NCBI GenBank assembly: GCA_051657225.1
Contig: JBOFKH010000134.1
Location: 1-33,813, forward strand
Source of the DNA: Alphaproteobacteria bacterium
GTDB lineage: Bacteria > Pseudomonadota > Alphaproteobacteria > Holosporales > JBOFFI01
DNA length: 33,813 bases
Direction of reading: 5' to 3'
Numbering within the stretch: the stretch's first letter is position 1; every line of letters begins with the position of its first letter. Positions 31,890 to 33,813 of the stretch are shown here, one piece after another. The notes under the pieces are model-generated. The model was not told the origin of the DNA, did not search any database, and saw only the letters and a program-made list of their open reading frames with translations. The position numbers and the translations under genes are program-made.

Positions 31890-32429
31890 ATGACCAACAT
31901 CCGCGACTTACTTACCGATCCAGAGATAGGCTTGCTGCCCTATCTGGAAAACATCCTGGAACAAAACTTTCATCGTTTCCAACTGCGCCGCTATTTCCCT
32001 GGAGAAAGGCCAGAGCCCACAGCGGAAGAACTCGAAGAAATGATTCGGGCAGATTCTGTTCCGAGATACGAAACAGCAGGTTTCCGCCTGCGCGATGGGA
32101 AGACCAAAAATCTAGACAACTCTCTTAAAATTTCCTCGATTATTACGATCGGTAAAGTTCTGACCGTTAAAGACCAGGTGGAGAGTCAGATTATTGGGGA
32201 AGAGATTCGGGTTTGCATCGACCAGGCGATCGCGGAATGGTCGCGGTGTGTGGGGCCAGTGGATATTGTTGAGGACATTGATGGGGCTCCATATATCGAG
32301 CAAGATCCGAATCAGGATTCCGGGAATGAAGGAGCCTGGTCAATCTATATTGTTCGGGAATTCACTTTGACCTACGATCGGGGTCATCACGAAGGGTTTC
32401 CGAATTATGATGTTGTGGGCGTGACCTGA
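31890..32429 (+). CDS. Hypothetical structural-module protein (179 aa)
   Basis: ORF coupled (ATGA-type overlap at 32429) to the next gene. Confidence 0.5.
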   Translation: MTNIRDLLTDPEIGLLPYLENILEQNFHRFQLRRYFPGERPEPTAEELEEMIRADSVPRYETAGFRLRDGKTKNLDNSLKISSIITIGKVLTVKDQVESQIIGEEIRVCIDQAIAEWSRCVGPVDIVEDIDGAPYIEQDPNQDSGNEGAWSIYIVREFTLTYDRGHHEGFPNYDVVGVT

Positions 32430-32938
32430 TGGCTCCCTCTAACCTTCCCATCCCCATCAGCTCAAGCCTCTACTTCGGACTTCAGGTCGAAAGCTCAGAC
32501 CTCGATCGCCTCGACCAAGCTATCACCCGCATTCGCACCACTGGAGCACCGATCGCTTATAAACGCTTCTATCAGGACTTTAGGGAGACGATAGCCGATC
32601 GCTATCGACAAGCATCCAGAGAAACTCAATACGCTCCCAGTTGGGTTGGCACAAAACAACGCGTTTCAGGACGAATCAGAGGGCGCAATAGTTTGTACGG
32701 AATCGATAGTGGTGCATTATTCTCTCAGATTGTGAATAATGTCCGAATCGATCGGAATGGGTTGATGGTCTATAGCGATCTGAACTATGCCAAGTTCATA
32801 ATGGATCGCTTTGCCCAGAAAGGCCCATTCGCCCCTAGACCTCCCATCTTCATGAATGAGGATGATATCCAGGGGCTAGGGACGATTATCGCGGATGTGA
32901 TGCAGAAGATTATTGCTGATGAGTTGGCGAAGGGGTGA
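32429..32938 (+). CDS. Putative virion morphogenesis / head-tail joining protein (Mu G / HK97 gp10-like)
   Basis: 169 aa. 'LYGIDSGALFSQIVNNVRIDRNGLMVYSDLNYAKF' loosely fits that family pattern. Confidence 0.3.
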   Translation: MAPSNLPIPISSSLYFGLQVESSDLDRLDQAITRIRTTGAPIAYKRFYQDFRETIADRYRQASRETQYAPSWVGTKQRVSGRIRGRNSLYGIDSGALFSQIVNNVRIDRNGLMVYSDLNYAKFIMDRFAQKGPFAPRPPIFMNEDDIQGLGTIIADVMQKIIADELAKG

Positions 32939-33103
32939 CCAGCTCCTCACCATCAATAATTTTTTGAAGCGTCTCCATCGTAAATCTCTGGGGTACCCCC
33001 ACCTCGGAACAGGTGGGGGGTATTGACTGGCTTCCAGAATTTGGATAATGACTGGAAGAAATTCTGACGTTGTATTCAACCCTAACTCTATTGTTTCAGC
33101 CAT
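32876..33103 (-). CDS. Hypothetical protein (75 aa)
   Basis: The ATG at 33103 overlaps the upstream stop by 8 nt. The 3' end overlaps the convergent plus-strand gene by 63 nt, so the extent is uncertain. Confidence 0.3.
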   Translation of the reverse strand: MAETIELGLNTTSEFLPVIIQILEASQYPPPVPRWGYPRDLRWRRFKKLLMVRSWSPLRQLISNNLLHHIRDNRP

Positions 33104-33407
33104 CACAAACCTCCACTCGTTTCTGCAACAATCTCATCAACAAATCGATCGCCTCACGATCGCCAGCATAAGCCTTCCGAAACAATTCTAAAGCTTGACT
33201 GTAGTCATCCACTGGCTTAGAAATCTGCGGTTGTGGAGCAACTCCAATCTTGTTGAGGAGAGATAGGATCGTAGCGCGGCGATCGCATCCCTCTGGCAAC
33301 ACCTTGAACGGCTCCAGAGTTAACTCATCCATCGAACAAATTTCTTCTTCGCAGGCGGGACACATCCAGGTTTCCATATCGTAATCTTCATTCCAGGAGA
33401 ACTTCAC
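33096..33407 (-). CDS. Hypothetical protein with CxxC (103 aa, GTG start)
   Basis: A GGAGG RBS lies 7 nt upstream of the GTG at 33407. 'CPACEEEIC'. Confidence 0.5.
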   Translation of the reverse strand: MKFSWNEDYDMETWMCPACEEEICSMDELTLEPFKVLPEGCDRRATILSLLNKIGVAPQPQISKPVDDYSQALELFRKAYAGDREAIDLLMRLLQKRVEVCDG

Positions 33408-33419
33408 CGAGAACCTCCG

Positions 33420-33813
33420 AGAAGCCCCGTAGCTTCAGGGCGGGGAGGGATAGGAGCGTCGGATTAGGGAGTCGATACCCCGCAGTTCGACACTCTTTTG
33501 TATAGTATTGCACATTTTCTCACTTAGTGACATACTATGTTCATGGAACAAACTCTTACTATAGTTGTCAAGCTTCAACCAACCCCTGAACAGTCTCTTA
33601 AAATTGAGGAGACGCTTCAAGGGTTTGGGAAAGCTTGCAACCATGTAAATCAAAAGGTTGACCCAAAAATAACCAACAAGAATACGATTCAAACTCTTGT
33701 CTATCAAGAAATTCGTGCGTTGTTTGGTCTGAGTGCCAATCTTGCTGTTCGTGTTTGTGCCAGAGTTGCTGCAAATCGTAAAGTGGCAAAGTTGAAAAAG
33801 AAGTCTGTTAAAA
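33420..33813 (+). mobile_element. IS200/IS605-family tnpB element, copy 4 (left end and 5' part only)
   Basis: The LE hairpin ccccg-tagcttcaggg-cgggg (about 33425-33445) is near-identical in design to the copy 1 LE (cccag-cggcttcagcc-ctggg on the minus strand). Confidence 0.65.
33537..33813 (+). CDS. tnpB: TnpB-like protein, N-terminal 92 codons (runs off window; absent from ORF track)
   Basis: Hand translation MFMEQTLTIVVKLQPTPEQSLKIEETLQGFGKACNHVNQKVDPKITNKNTIQTLVYQEIRALFGLSANLAVRVCARVAANRKVAKLKKKSVK aligns with the copy 1 N-terminus (MSQIISVSCKLQVPVKVRQEIDETLQRFADGCNQI...). Confidence 0.75.
   Translation, partial: MFMEQTLTIVVKLQPTPEQSLKIEETLQGFGKACNHVNQKVDPKITNKNTIQTLVYQEIRALFGLSANLAVRVCARVAANRKVAKLKKKSVK

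Overview
The window is cyanobacterial-type DNA: the HIP1 octamer GCGATCGC recurs dozens of times. It reads as a temperate, siphovirus-like cyanophage, prophage or phage-plasmid segment. All family calls come from motifs read by eye; no searches were run.

Gene modules, left to right:
- Two tandem tnpB-only IS200/IS605 elements (1-2697).
- A minus-strand early and replication module (2991-12807). It holds small unknown ORFs, RusA-like resolvase, RNase H, a PrimPol-DnaB fusion, a replisome-organizer-like gene with an embedded ori-like iteron and palindrome block, an ASCH protein and a phiC31 gp3-like protein.
- A divergent HTH switch plus a tyrosine integrase (12800-14819).
- A complete IS605-type element with divergent tnpA and tnpB, directly after the integrase stop (about 14830-16610).
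- An MT-A70 methyltransferase operon led by two tiny membrane peptides (16601-18415).
- A terminator-bounded moron encoding a secreted GH5 glycosidase and two secreted low-complexity proteins (18491-21220).
- A seven-ORF micro-operon containing an nblA homolog (21219-22601).
- A plus-strand membrane, HTH and zinc-finger operon (22751-24599).
- A head module on the minus strand: a large portal fusion and a Mu F-like protein. It is split by two plus-strand cargo genes, one a pentapeptide-repeat protein built from 12 nearly identical 15-bp units.
- An HNH-AP2 homing-endonuclease gene sitting inside the shell of a decayed tnpB element (31090-31885).
- Two head-tail-like genes.
- The 5' part of a further tnpB element at the right edge.

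Most unusual observations:
- The density of tnpB elements (4 loci plus 1 remnant in 34 kb of phage DNA), all HIP1-free.
- The HNH-in-tnpB chimera.
- The ori-like block inside the replication gene.
- The cargo insertions: the GH5 moron, the nblA micro-operon and the repeat-protein pair.
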